Assembly: GCA_026025075.1 (NCBI GenBank)
Contig: JAPEUI010000106.1
Location: 1 to 53,243, forward strand
Reading direction: 5' to 3'
Length of the DNA: 53,243 bases
From: Vezdaea acicularis
Lineage: Eukaryota
The notes beneath the pieces were generated by a model. That model was not told the origin of the DNA. It saw only the letters and a list, made by a program, of their open reading frames with translations, and ran no database searches. The position numbers and the translations under genes are program-made. How positions within the stretch are numbered: the first letter of the stretch is position 1; each line of letters starts with the position of its first letter. Positions 12,663 to 25,764 of this stretch are shown in pieces.

Positions 12663-13134
12663 GGCTTCGTGATGTCTGGGTGAGGGAGTAGTTTATCTGA
12701 GGCGTCTATGTGTAATAGGTATGCGTTGTATATCGAGATAAGGTTGCAACTTACGTATGCTATACGTAGAGTATAAGTATGTGTACGTGAACTAGGAGGC
12801 TTTTCGTACTTGTGAACCACTAAAGGCGTGTATGGCCTATTTTACGACGTCCGTATGATGTGATGATCGTGTAGTTATGAGTGCTGCTTCATAAGACTTA
12901 GGAATATTGTATGGTTCAATGTCTGTATGCGGAAGGATTTAAGGATCCAGAAAGTTTGAATGACTCGAGAGAGAGGCACCTCCTTATATAGTCATGTCTA
13001 TCACATGTCAGACCAGAACAAAATACGCCAGAACCCATATACGTGACTCACCGAAAGGGATATCCACTGTCATATGTGGATGGTATCTTGTACCATGGTT
13101 GTAACAGATTCAGGCGGAGCACTCGCAGCTAGAT

Positions 13135-14029
13135 TTAGCCATTTCTCGCACCTTGCCTCCGAAAACAAAGGCAGCATACGCCGCCCCCCTCTTTGCCAGC
13201 AAACTTAAAAGTGCGGAACCCTTCCACTTTCCCTACACATATTAAATTCCCATATGTCCCGGCCTCGAACCATGTTTTCAGCTCATCTGCTGTCCAATTA
13301 CAGCTCGCTACTAGCAGTATCCCATCCCTTTTGACCAACGTCTCCACTTTACTGGGATAGGCCTCGAATATGCGCTTATTTTTGCCTGGAAGGGTTGCTG
13401 AGGAAAGGGAAATAGCATCGAACGTCCCTTTGTCTAGAACGACGTCGAATCCACCATGTGGCATCCATTCTCCTGGTTCCTGAGTCATGATATCCCAGGT
13501 GTAGAATTCTGGCTTTTGGATCTCGAGCCTGTCCACCTCGCCATCTTCCCCTAATATACTCGTTTTCCTTACATCAAGCTGCTCCACCTCGGTAATAATC
13601 CTTGCGAGCTCCACCGCTTCTTCAACATAGTCCACACCCACCATCATCCCATGCCATCCTGCATCTCTCAATTGCTGGAGTAAATGGCCATTGCCCATGC
13701 CGACGTCGAGAAACGTGCTTGGCTCGCAACGGCATCCTTCCTTGGTGAGAAGCTGCTTGTTGAGCCCAAATTCTTGGATAGACTTGTCAAGGTAGGAAAT
13801 CATGCGTTGACTGGTGTTGTGCTCGGAGAACCATTCTGTGCCGGTATGCTCAGGGGTGGGGTCTTCTGTGTAGTGACCGAGGTCGGAGGAATAAGTTGTG
13901 GACCAACTAGAGTGGAGTTAGCGAGCTGTTAGGAAGATACTAAGGTAGAATAGAGAGAGAAAGGTACTATTCTTTTGAACCGATCTCGCTTGGGTCGAGA
14001 GTAGGAGTGAGGCTTGGAGAAGTAGACAT
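13135..14029 (-). CDS. EFM4: eEF1A protein-lysine N-methyltransferase (Efm4/See1/METTL10 family; 2 exons)
   Basis: Exon 1 MSTSPSLTPTLDPSEIGSKEY joins via intron 13907-13967 to WSTTY...GTEWFSE. SAM motifs FLDVGMGNGHLL, GVDY and FDVVLDKGTFDAISL; also SCNWT and FKFAGKEG. Confidence 0.9.
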
Positions 14030-14367
14030 TGTAGGCGGGGCGGTAGTGCAGTTGCACTAATGAAGTTTACTCGTGCCTCGGTTGATGATGCAGGGCACTC
14101 AGGTGAGCTATCACAAGTGGATCTCTGAAATGAAAGTAACGTAATTAGGTGAGGTGAGTTATACAGGGCAAAGCAATTCGCCAAGTAGTATTCGATCTAT
14201 TGATTCACGCTATGCAAAGCCCAAATTCAAGCTCCTCGATCTCTTGCGCCTTTAAAAATGCACCTACCAATGCCACGCCAGCCATGCCCAAAGCCCACGC
14301 TCCAGACAATAACAGTCCGCGCAGGATATGCTCCAGGTCCTTCCCTCCCAGTATTAGCTAATTAATG

Positions 14368-17300
14368 TTAGGCTTTCATAGTAGCCAGGTATGAGTCGAG
14401 GTTATATTCTTCTTCGTATTGGCGATCATCCCATAATTCGCCGATATCATCCAAGAAGGCCTTCTTGCCCTTCTCCTTCAACTCGCCATTGATGTCAATC
14501 ATGCTCTCCTCATTGCCGGTTTCAGCCGGTTTTTCGATACCTTGGGCGGTTTCGCCCAAATTGAAGAGGTCTAGGATTTGGTCTGTTTCCATCGTACCTA
14601 GACCTGCATTTTGTTGGTTAACGACTGTGCTAGCGACATCAATCTTAAAACGTTGGAGACTAGTTTCGTTAGCGCATGGTGCTCTAGGTGCTCTCGCATC
14701 CGTTTTTAGCTTACCTCAAAATCTTCTCCTCCAGGGTACCCCGAGTCACAAGGCGATACACATTGACGACCTTCTTCTGGCCAATACGATGTGCACGATC
14801 CATGGCTTGCATGTCTTTTTGGGGATTCCAATCATGCTCAACGAAGATGACCGTATCCGCACCTGTAAGATTTAGACCAAGACCACCAACACTGGTCGTA
14901 AGTAGTAAGACGTCAAAGCTAGGGTCACCGTTGAATTTATTGACGATGTCTTGACGCTTATTGGCTTCGACGCTACCGTCAAGCCGCAAATATTGGGCTG
15001 AAGGAAGCATCTTCTTTAAGACGTCATTTTGTACGATATCCAGCATCTCCTTCATTTGACAGAAGATTAAAGCTCGATGCTGGCTGACATAATTGATCTC
15101 GCCATGTGGTGCTTCGACACCAATGCCGCAATCAACAAGCAGATCTCGCAGAGCCATCAACTTTGGGGCGTGAATAGGATCCGTTATCTTGCTATGATCT
15201 TTGGCTAGTAACTTCTGGATTTCCGCGTATTGTTTGTGAGTTTCCTTCATCACAAGAGCAGGCGAGTTGCACAGTTTGCGCATATATTGCAATGCCTGGA
15301 AGATATGCTGTTTGGCCTCCTTGTCACCGCTCGTAGCTTGCTCTGCAATATTCTTGGCCTCTTTCTTTGCGAAGTCTTCAAAGAGCTTCTTTTGCAGCTC
15401 ACTAAGATCACAGTAGTAGTTCTGAAGGATTTTGGGTGGCAAGTCGTCAAGCACCTCTTCCTTAAGCCTACGAAGAAGGAAGGGAAGCACCTGTTTATGC
15501 AGAGCCTCAATAGCCAAGGCTCCTGCTTCCTGTTCCTTGGAAGAGGACTTTTGGAACCTACTTGCCGCAATAGGCTTTGAAAAGCGCTCAGAGAAGACCT
15601 TCTCTGTTCCAAGGAAGCCGGGCATCAAGAAGTCGAATAGAGACCAGAGTTCTAGGACGTTGTTTTGAATAGGCGTACCTGATAAGATCAAGCGATGGTT
15701 ACTAGAAAGACGCTTGACAGACATAGAAATCTTTGCCTTGGGGTTCTTGATCAAATGGCCTTCATCAAGGACACAGTAATTCCAATTAAACGAGGCAAAG
15801 ATGTCGATATCGTTTCGGCAGATATCATAGGAGGTAATGACGATATCAGTTTTGCCCAGCTCAGGTCGAAGGCGGGACCGGTCGACTGGACTACCAACAT
15901 ACGCCAGGCAACTCAAGAATGGAGCATATGTCTTTATCTCTTGTTGCCAGTGCCCAGAAAGCGTCGGAGGGCAAACGATCAATGATGGAAGTTTTCGAAC
16001 GTCAGGAGAACTGGTTTTCGCATACTCTTCAGCGCGCATGTGATGGTCGCTAGCCACAATACACAACGTCTGTAGGGTCTTTCCAAGGCCCATATCATCG
16101 CAAAGGATCCCGTGAAGATGATATCGGTTGAGAAAAGCCAGCCAATTGACTCCTTCCTGCTGATAAGAGCGCAATTCTGCTTTGATGGCCACTGGAATCT
16201 CGAATGGCTCGACTTTCGAGGGATCGAGCATCTGAGATATGAATTTGCGTTCTCGCTCCCGGCCTTTTAACAAGTCCTCAGACATTCCAGGTGGGTCGGG
16301 TATGCCAGCTTCCAGGGGGACCAATTTCACTAAGGTTGCGAAGGAGGTAGTTGCAATCAGCCGAACATCATTGTCAGCATCGCTCATCCGCCCTAAAACA
16401 GGGACGATAAGGAAGATGACATATGGTAATATGCGATCTTCCATAACATGAATCAAATGATAGATACATTCGATTGCTCCTTGCCTCGAGAAGAGATCGA
16501 GAGCGTTATTGATGGCGGGTAGAATCTTCTCCACAAAGATCGTCATGGCTACGTTGGATATAACACTGCATATTGTGGCAAAGCACTTAGCAGCAGCATA
16601 TCGAAACACGGAAAGCTTGCAGCTAAGCGCCTTGATGATTAGCGGGAATTGATCGATGACAAAAGCATGCAGGCTAGGATCGAGCTTCGGCGCTAATGTT
16701 CTAATCACGGAAAGTCCATCAACGACCTCTTGTCCGAGCGTTGAGTCGGAGCTTGTGATGTTTGTAGGTATATCTGCGTCGAACGTGCGATGTAGAGGCA
16801 ATTCAATAATAGATCGCAATGTCGGTATCTTCTCTAGAGCTTCACCTTTGAAGATGTGGAGCAATTGCTCCAGAGCTTCTTTCGAACCTCTGCGCTGGAT
16901 CTTTGCCGCTCTGGCATCTTGGTCAAATTTGGCCTGATCTGGGTGATCAGCTCTATCTTCTTCTTTTCGCAATGAGAGAACTGCCGTTTCGTGACTCGCG
17001 TTGTATAAGAATTCTGGAGTCTCTGAAGTATCTTGGCAGGTAAACTTAACGAGATTTGAAACAATTTTCTCGACAATTTTATTACGGCCAGCTAATACCA
17101 GCTGTTCAATCAATGAAGCGATAGCGTGTGCTGAGCGTCTCTGGAGCTCGATATTTTCCTCAGTCTTGACACTATCCATGATACCTTTGATCAGGTGACT
17201 AGGCCTAGGCGGAATCTCCTTGAAAGCAACCATTGCTCCAGCTGCTGCAGCGATGACTCGAATATCTTGAACATCTTTGAACTTTTTCGCTTCATCAATC

Positions 17301-20253
17301 GCTTGTACGGCGCATTGGCGCGCATCGGTAAGGGCTTGTGCTGAAAGCATCCGCTGCGCCGGGGCTAGGGATTTCTTCAATCGCTCGAAGTCTTCAGTAA
17401 TGAACTTGTCGGCAAACGCAAGAGAGAAAGCGTCCGGCCCAGCGTCTGGATCACCTTGAACTACTGGTACAAGCATGGGTATTTTGCTGGACGGAACCTT
17501 CCCAATGTCTCGGAATGTGTTCGCTAATGACTGGCATTGAGATCGTACGATTTGCACAAAGCTGACCATCTCACGATAGATTGGAGGTCGCTCGTTTTCC
17601 ACAGCAGAATGTAGTGGGAGCGCAAATGAGGCGCTTACAGCATCGTGTTCCATTAGCGCTATTGCAAACTGTTCTAACAGAATCGAGACGGTAAGTTGGG
17701 TTGTCGAAAAGGGCGAATCCACGTGGGGTAATAATAATGAATCGAAAGTCGCACGACAACTGACTCGTGGCCAAAGACTCATGGCCTTACCAATACCCTG
17801 TGCTGCGTATATTCTCGAGCGGATCAATATATCAGCTCCGACTAGGTCAACATCTCCGGACATCATAGGGCCGTCCACGTTATGAGATGGCGGAAGTTCG
17901 TCTTTTTTCTCGAATTTTTTGCGTCGTTTCGCTACGTGCTCTCCGGTAGAGGGAGAAACCTTCCTCAGTGGTTGAGCTGGTGGAGCATACATCTGCCCAG
18001 AGGGTCGCATGATCAGTGATCGGTCCATGGGGAAAGGAAAGCGCGAAACCCCGATTGGATGTAAAGTAAGCGTGATTAAATCTGCAACATGGGGACCGAA
18101 CTCCTCTGCAAAGCGGTTGGGATCTTTGCCCCCTAGCGATTCCGCAAGTGCAACCCAGACCTGTAATGATAGCTTTAGAACGGTGTCGTTACGCTCCATC
18201 AGAAGGTTCTGAAAGAGAAGTCGCAAGATGCGCCCATTGACCCAGCCCTTGGTACCATCCCCTTCGATTTGCAGAAAGGTGAGAAGTGCTCTAAGAACTG
18301 CGGATCGAACACTTGTTATTGTGTGCCTCAGGAACGGATAAAGTCGAGGTACGAGCATGGCAAATGAATGTTCTGTATCGACTGATGCGTTCTTCTTCAT
18401 GGCCTCGAGGACTTCCGGGAAAGAACACAGCTTGGCGAGAAGGTCCATGACAGACCCAGTGCTAGCGCTAAGATCATCTCTTAGTTCTGCAAGACAGTCC
18501 CAGACAATTGTGATAAGGCTATTCAAGGCGTGTGGTCGGAGATCAACAAACTCCTTCGCAATGGGTACTAGGGTAGCCGCACTGACTGCCCGAACGTCGT
18601 CATCTATATCCCCCAAACCTTTCATTACAGCCTGTATGACCCCATCAATGAGATCGTTGTCTTGCAAGAGGAGATCATTCCTGATAGCAACAAGGTACTT
18701 AAGTCCTAGCATCCCACCATGGCAAACTTCCCAAATCCGTTTCGTAAAAGCGCGGTCAGACTCTTCTTGAATTACCAGACGGTAGAGGATGCGATAGACG
18801 GAGCTGACTGATTGAGGCGGCAGATGAACTAGTAATGCTCCAAGAGTCTGTCCGATCGTTTCTCGAATAGGGGCAACGACGTTATCAGAAACATAATCCC
18901 CAAATCTGTCCAACATGAAGACGCAGCATAGACGGCATGCCAAATCGTCCAGCCATCTCCTATTCAGCTCATCGTTTTGGTGTTTGGTTTTCCCTCGAAC
19001 ACGGCCTGCGCCAGCTCCATGCACACGGACAACTTCCCTAATCCCCATAGCTGCGCCATGCCGAGTCTCCCAATTGGGATCAAAAAGATCTACGGTGAGA
19101 AACTCGCATACGTGCTCGTATGGCCACCGGCTTCCTTCATCGCCTGTCTCAACCTCGAGTAAGGACTTTTCAGCTATCGCAGGCCCTTTGAATTCTGATA
19201 CGACTTTGGTATCATCATCACCATTCGTCCTGTCGGTAGAAAAATAGTCCAAAATCTGGCCTGAGGGATCATCTGAGTTGGGCTCTGCCTTGATAGCATA
19301 CGGCTCGGGTACTAAAGGTGTTTGGGGTGTTTCTGTGCTAGGACGCCGTGTCGACAGGTCTACAATTCTAACCTTGTTAGGCCCAGCTTTTGCTTGCAGC
19401 TTGTGTTTTCTCTTCAGCGCGTTAAGTTGTCTTTTGCTGAGACCAGTTTCATCAGACGGTGTCGGTGGCACATCATGAGGCGACATGGTAGAGTACATAG
19501 GAGATGTAAAGCTATTCTGTTGAGAGAGTGTACTTGACGAGGTGTCGAGTTTTGGTGTGGGGAGGCCTCTCAATTTAGGGTTGATGGAAAGATCTGCTTC
19601 ATTGTAAAGATCATCTTCTAAATACTCTCCTGCAAGGCCTAGTCTCTGTTTTAAATTTCTCTTCTGCTCAGCAAGTCGTTCAGCCGGACTGAGCGAAGCT
19701 AAGTGCCAATCATACTCCCTACCAGCACTGCCCAAGAGCTTCTTGCCATACTGCAGGATAGAAGCGATGTCTAAGGAGTCAAGTTGTAAGAGGTCTTCTG
19801 CATCGAAAGCGGCCGAAGAGTCCCTCCTTTCTTCCTTGACCGAGGGGCCATTTGCGGCAGTCCCGTCACCTTCGGCGTTCACGAAAGCCTCGTCAGAATT
19901 AGGGTCATATTTCTCAGCATTCTCGATTATGCCCCCTAGAGCTTTGGCCGCTGCTATTCGAGTGTCCCATTGCTTGACACTTAAGAAAGGAATGACCCTG
20001 GTCAGGAGATTGAACAGCTCGTCCGGGTGTGACTTTTGAACATCAGCCAATTGCTGAGCAGCAGTATTCTTAATGACCTGCGAGCCTCCGGTGTCCAAGA
20101 GGCTGACGTAAAATCAGAATCCGTACTCATCCTCACAGAAGCTGTGAGCAGGGGTATAAACTTACGTGACCAAACGATCGAGCCTATCACGTGACACAAA
20201 TTAGTCGGGCATCCCACGGGTTTTGTGCACATGGAAGCTCACCTCGAAGCCAT
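14368..20253 (-). CDS. MOT1: TBP-associated Snf2-family ATPase Mot1/BTAF1 (4 exons, two N-terminal microexons)
   Basis: MASR|LDRLVT|LLDTGGSQ (exons 20243-20253 and 20166-20183), HEAT region, DRFGDYVSDNVVAPIRE, GILCDDMGLGKTLQT, LDEGH, QAMDRAHRIGQKKVV. A last intron near 14660-14714 leads to LQRFKIDVAS...; TAA at 14368. Confidence 0.97.
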
Positions 20254-20969
20254 GGCTCACAACAATCTAGGCGAAGTTTACGCTCATAATGTAGGCTCGG
20301 GTGCTATTATGAGCCCCGTGCCAAGTTTGGTGGATTAAAATTTTACTTAGTTGACTGGGCGGGGTAGTGGCGAGGTGAAAGTAAACAGTCAAAGGAATTG
20401 CGCAAGTCACGTTTCGGGCAAGGTGGCTTTGGGCAAGGAAAACCAAAAGTCAGCTAACGCAACGAGGGGGCGTGAATATGGAGGTTTGAGGGTCCTTTTT
20501 GGAATTAAGTGGTGTTGTCGAATCGAATCATGCGGCGGCTCCTTGGCTTGATGGGTTTTGTCGCTTTGCAAATGTATGCGTGGCGTCTGAGTGGAAGCGT
20601 GTCGCCTCTCTGGGTACTTTGGCGACATTTTTTTCTGGCGGGGTTGACGGGTCTTATATTGACCGCGAGCCAGGGGAAACCATCAAGCGAGAGACGAGAC
20701 GAGCGCTAGGCCGCTTTCAGCTCCCGCTTAGATCGCTCGGACTGGAGCCTTGTCTGCTGAGCCCAACTGTGGATGAGGCCAACTACCAACAGCTGGACAT
20801 TTGAGGCATAGTACCACCTTCGTCGACTTTCAACGCCATATCGGACCCGCATCTCGCAACTTTCAGATCTCCTCAATCTTTACGCTTTCCCCACATTCAT
20901 GCTTAACCGGTAGCGTCCCACATCCATTCCCGCTGGCCTGTGCCAACGGAAGGACCGCCGCATTTCCGT

Positions 20970-23900
20970 ATGGCCGCTCCAGTTTATGGGGTACAACCAG
21001 CTGTAGCAGCTCAATCTCAGAGACCTCCCGTCTACAATGTCGCCTCAAGCAGGCACAACCATGCAGCGCCTCCTGGGACCTTTGCAACAGGGACGAAGAT
21101 CCAAGTGGGTAGCCAGAAGGTAGTGATCGACAGGTACCTGTCCGAGGGGGGATTCGCGCACGTCTACCTCGTCAGGCTACCTCAGCCAATTGATGGAACA
21201 GATGTCGCCGTGCTTAAGAGAGTTGCTGTGCCCGACAAAGAGGCTTTGTCAAATATGCGGACCGAAGTTGAGACTATGAAAAAGCTCAAAGGCCACCGCT
21301 ATATTGTGAGATATATAGATTCTCATGCATCACAGCTCAAGGGTGGGGGGTATGAGGTGTTCTTGTTAATGGAATACTGCGCTGGCGGGGGTTTGATCGA
21401 CTTTATGAATACCCGCTTGCAAAATCGGCTGACCGAGGTAGAGGTCCTGAAGATTATCTCAGACGTGGCCGAAGGCGTGGCATGCATGCACTACCTCAAG
21501 CCAACCCTACTACATCGCGACTTAAAGGTAGAAAATGTCTTGATAGCATTAACGCGGACCTCGACACGCTACAAGCTCTGCGATTTTGGCTCTACTGCTC
21601 CTCCCCGGCCCGCACCCCGCACAGTGGTCGAGTGTAGGCTGATTGAAGAAGACGTGCAAAAACACACAACCCTTCAGTACCGGAGCCCAGAAATGGTGGA
21701 TGTCTATCGGAAGCTTCCTATTGATGAGAAGAGTGATATATGGGCTCTGGGTGTTTTGCTATATAAGCTCTGTTATTACACGACGCCCTTTGAGGATCAA
21801 GGTCAACTTGCGATACTGAACGCCAGCTTCAAGTTTCCGAATTATCCATCTTTCTCTGATCGCATTAAGAAACTTATAGGTAAGTAAAGGCACTCATCAC
21901 TGGGTCAAGTCGACTCCTAACTTCTGTGAAGCGTCTATGCTGAAGGAGGACCCGGATCTACGACCCAATATCTATCAAGTCGTAAAGGAAATCTGCTCTA
22001 TGCGTGGGAAGGAGGTCCCTATCAAAGATGTAATCATATGTCTTGATCTATCACTAATGCAGTACCTAACGTTTACAGATTTATACCGGTCGCTCTCAGT
22101 CGGAGGTACGGTCAAATCAGAAGATGCCCTCTGCTACACCTGTCTCTTCATCTGCTTTAGTGGGCGCTTTCCAAGCTGCGCCTGTGCAGCAACAGCAAGT
22201 GATTCCTGATATCGTACCGATGCGACGAGGAAGACCAACAAGTTCTTCACACCAGCCCGCCAAACAAGCGCCATCCTCACTGCCAGGCAAGACAACGGAT
22301 CCCTTTGCTGCACTTGACTCCAACCCTTCCATGTCCGCTAGACTGACATCCCCCGATGAGCTTTCCTCTCGGTTTCCAACTCTAGATCAATTTACGATCC
22401 TCCATGAGCCGGCTGGCAAATTTGATTTTGATCCTGTGACGCCTATCGTATCTCCCATCTCAAAGGATCTTAGCCAAAGGGTGACAGAAAAACTAGCAGA
22501 TGATGCTTTTGCTCGGCCTTCATCGTCCTCAGGATCTGCACCTACGATGGCAAGAACGCCCGTCTCAACGAACGCCGAGAAAAAGCCAGACTTGCAGTCG
22601 ATTCTAGCCGCGGAAAACCTCCGCCAGAGTCAGGCGCTTCAGGGACCTGTCAGTACAAGATCGGTCAAACCTACGCAGGGCTCAATGGCCTCTTCGGTGC
22701 CCGCGCAAGTCGATAAGACATCCTCTTCATACACCACAGGTACGATATATCGCTTCCCTCCGGCCGAAGCAAGGTCGTCTAGCCAGTCGCGAACCTCCGA
22801 TGATGATGACCCTTCCCGACTTTCTGGTCCATGGACAGGACCGTCACTTTATCTTCGGCCGGATTCCCAGCTTACGAAATCAATATCGCTTGATGATCGA
22901 GGCCCGAAAACGCCAGCCTCATCGAGGCCTTCGCTAGAAGGAAACAGGCCAACATCACATGAGTTAAATAATTCATCACACCGATCAAAATCTGCTAATG
23001 CCCGGCCACGCCCAGGAAGTACCTATCTAGATTCAGGCTATGATCTCTCCCGGGAGCCTGACCTTGTTGAGCAACGAGGCAGATCTTCGGGCAACCAAAA
23101 TGACTACACGGGCAATCATGGTACATCAGTCCCATACTCTGCGGAAGATGCTCCTGATGATACCAAATTCGCTTCCGATGAACAGTACCTTGAGGCGTTA
23201 GAGGAGTACGAGCGATCTAAGCGAAGAGATAAACGTAGTAGCAATGGCTCGAAGCACTCCAAACGCTCAAGCATGCCATCTATGTCGTTATCTGGTACTA
23301 AAACATTGCTTGTTGGCAGGTTCGGCGATGCATTTAGAAGATTTGAGACAAATACTGGGGGTTCAGCACTGAGGACCCCGAGCCCATCCGCAGATAGAGG
23401 GAGAAATGGGCTCAGTCCAATCACTGGATCTGAACGAACTGGCGGGGCAAGTGATGACGGCCATCTTGACGAGGAGGATGAGATGCCACAAGAGATGAAG
23501 AGAGAGTTGGAGCGGAGAAGGCTTTCTCAGGAAGAGAGAAGAGTCGAGGCAGCTGCGGCCGAATATAAGATGAAATTGGCTGATCGAGATAGAAATGTGA
23601 CGGAATCTGGAAAAAGCCGGGCACCTACCACTACTAATCCTGTAGCGTCCATCCAAGAAAAGGTCAAAGATCTGCTAGAGGATAGCAGTAAAGCCTCTTC
23701 AACGAAGCCTTTAGAAGGCTATGGTCATTTTGCAGACTCTGGACGGGCTCTGCAAAGTCGCTCGATGGAGCCAGAAAATACTTTATTATCACGTGGCTCT
23801 GTTCTGAGAAAACCGCTCCCATTACCGAAAGACGAAAAGCCCGTATATCCTACCCATTCTCAACGGACGTCTAGTCTCACCTACGCCAAGACAAGACAGT

Positions 23901-24187
23901 TACCACAAAACATGAATCTGCGGCAAGAATATCAAGAACAACAGAGCACGCGCCCAGATGCACCTCCAAAGCCTAGGCAACTAAGAACAGGTCCATCTGA
24001 TGATACGTCTCGACAACCATCTGCGACATCCCTTCATACGATTAGCAGGCCGCCACAACCCGGCATGGAAACTGGACCTAACCGTGAGGATTGGGAAGCA
24101 GATTTCTCAAAGAGATACCCGAGTTTGTCTGGGTTGGAGATGGTCGAGACGGAGATTGGAAGGAGCCCCCGTCAGCGTAATGGCTAG
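20970..24187 (+). CDS. Ark1/Prk1 (NAK/AAK1)-family Ser/Thr kinase with long disordered tail (3 exons)
   Basis: LSEGGFAHVY, VLKRV, HRDLKVEN, LCDFGS, HTTLQYRSPEM, DEKSDIWALG. Introns at 21880-21931 and 22030-22078. Tail contains DPF and RFP/RYPSL motifs typical of fungal NAK kinases. Confidence 0.92.
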
Positions 24188-24485
24188 ATCGATATGTGCA
24201 ATGAATCGTTGTTTCCTAGATGATGGCATATGGTCGGCGTTTTGTCAATTCCCCGAAAGATGTTCTAGCGTTCGGTTTAGGTCATTACATGCATCGTTAT
24301 TGCTACCCTCGGCGAAGCTAAAATGGAAGCACCAAGCTATGTCGCATATTTGGCAGTATGGCCGAATATGGCAACGGCGGACGTCTTCTTTTCCAAATCA
24401 CTTAGGTTTCTGTAAATAATCTCGTAGAAATCTTGAATGCACGATGCCGGCGTGGTTACGTTGACTCCATGGTTCAAGAGGCGAA

Positions 24486-25213
24486 ATGGTGTCCACAAGG
24501 AGTACCAACTACGATGCACATGATGAAGCACCTGCACCAGATCTCATACAAAAGCCTAGCACAGCACCTACGTCTCCCTCCCAAGTTGCTTCCTCTGAAA
24601 CTGTCACCCCCGCGTCTACCCCAGCCACTGAAGCGCTAATTACTACGCCTGCACCAATGGCACCTGTCTCCGTTGATGCGATTGAAGGTACGCAGAGATC
24701 GCTTTGTGAGGGCGATGTGCAAAACCTTTACTGACATACCTCTCAGAACAGCTCAAAGCCACTATACAGCAGCTTTACAATATCAGCGTCGCGATACACG
24801 GCTATCAGGGCGATGCATCATCCGAGGCACTGATGGGCTATGTGTAAGCCTCTTCAGTCACCAACCCCGCAATCCCACAGATCACAAGCTCCTTCCTAAC
24901 GACTTGCAGAAAGAATCTGGCCGGAACAGTTGCCACACTCCCCGCAAATAGCGCGTCCCTTCCTACCATGATTCCACCCGAGATCATCGCGTATGTGGAC
25001 GATGGACGCAACCCAGATATCTACACAAGAGAATTCGTGGAGCTAGTCCAGAAGAGCAATCAATTCCTCAAGGGGCGCGGAGAAGCGTTCGCAAAGTTTA
25101 GGGATATACTTGCAGAGGATATCATAAAAGGATTCCCAGAACTTCAGGAGGATGTACAAAAGATATTGGACAACGCGAAAGGCACGGTCGAGGAAGGTGG
25201 CAGTTCGACCTAA
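24486..25213 (+). CDS. MED10: Mediator subunit Med10/Nut2 (3 exons; upstream in-frame ATG 24486, family-typical start MAP at 24657)
   Basis: Introns 24688-24746 and 24844-24909 give MAPVSVDAIE|EQLKATIQQLYNISVAIHGY...IPPEIIAYVDDGRNPDIYTREFVE..N..LKG, the Med10 signature. Confidence 0.92.
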
Positions 25214-25764
25214 CACGCTTCGTACGCTAAACAACAATAAATAGCGAATGTTTTGGGTACCACAGAATGTTCTCCTCAGGTATAACGGCGCTTTCGAGCT
25301 TTCGTGATATTGTTCCATCTACTAGATGAGTGTGAGCATACATATTGTAGTTTATGGTTAGAAGAGGCTCTTTGATCTATGGGCGGGACATCTGAAAACT
25401 TTCCGCGAATCGGCTACTATCCTTCAAAAGTAGCAGGGATGTTCTCCGCCCCCACATAATTGGGCAAAGCTCCGTAATAGTTTCTCTAATGACGACGTCC
25501 TTGTTTTCCTCAAATGGCATATGCGAATGAATGATGCGAGTACATTTGACGCACTGCGGACCCAAGCATCATGAGTGGTCATTGACTCGCCGACTAGGCC
25601 TTTTGGAGCCGTATACAACCATAAGTCGCGCGTACGAACAGGGAAGCTCCTACGTCTACGAGGGTTGCTCCTGCTCGTGCCTGAGAGCATCCTCTACGCC
25701 ATATAACTTGATAATTCGACCTACAATACTGCAGATGGCTCTTTGCTGAGGGACATCATCAACC

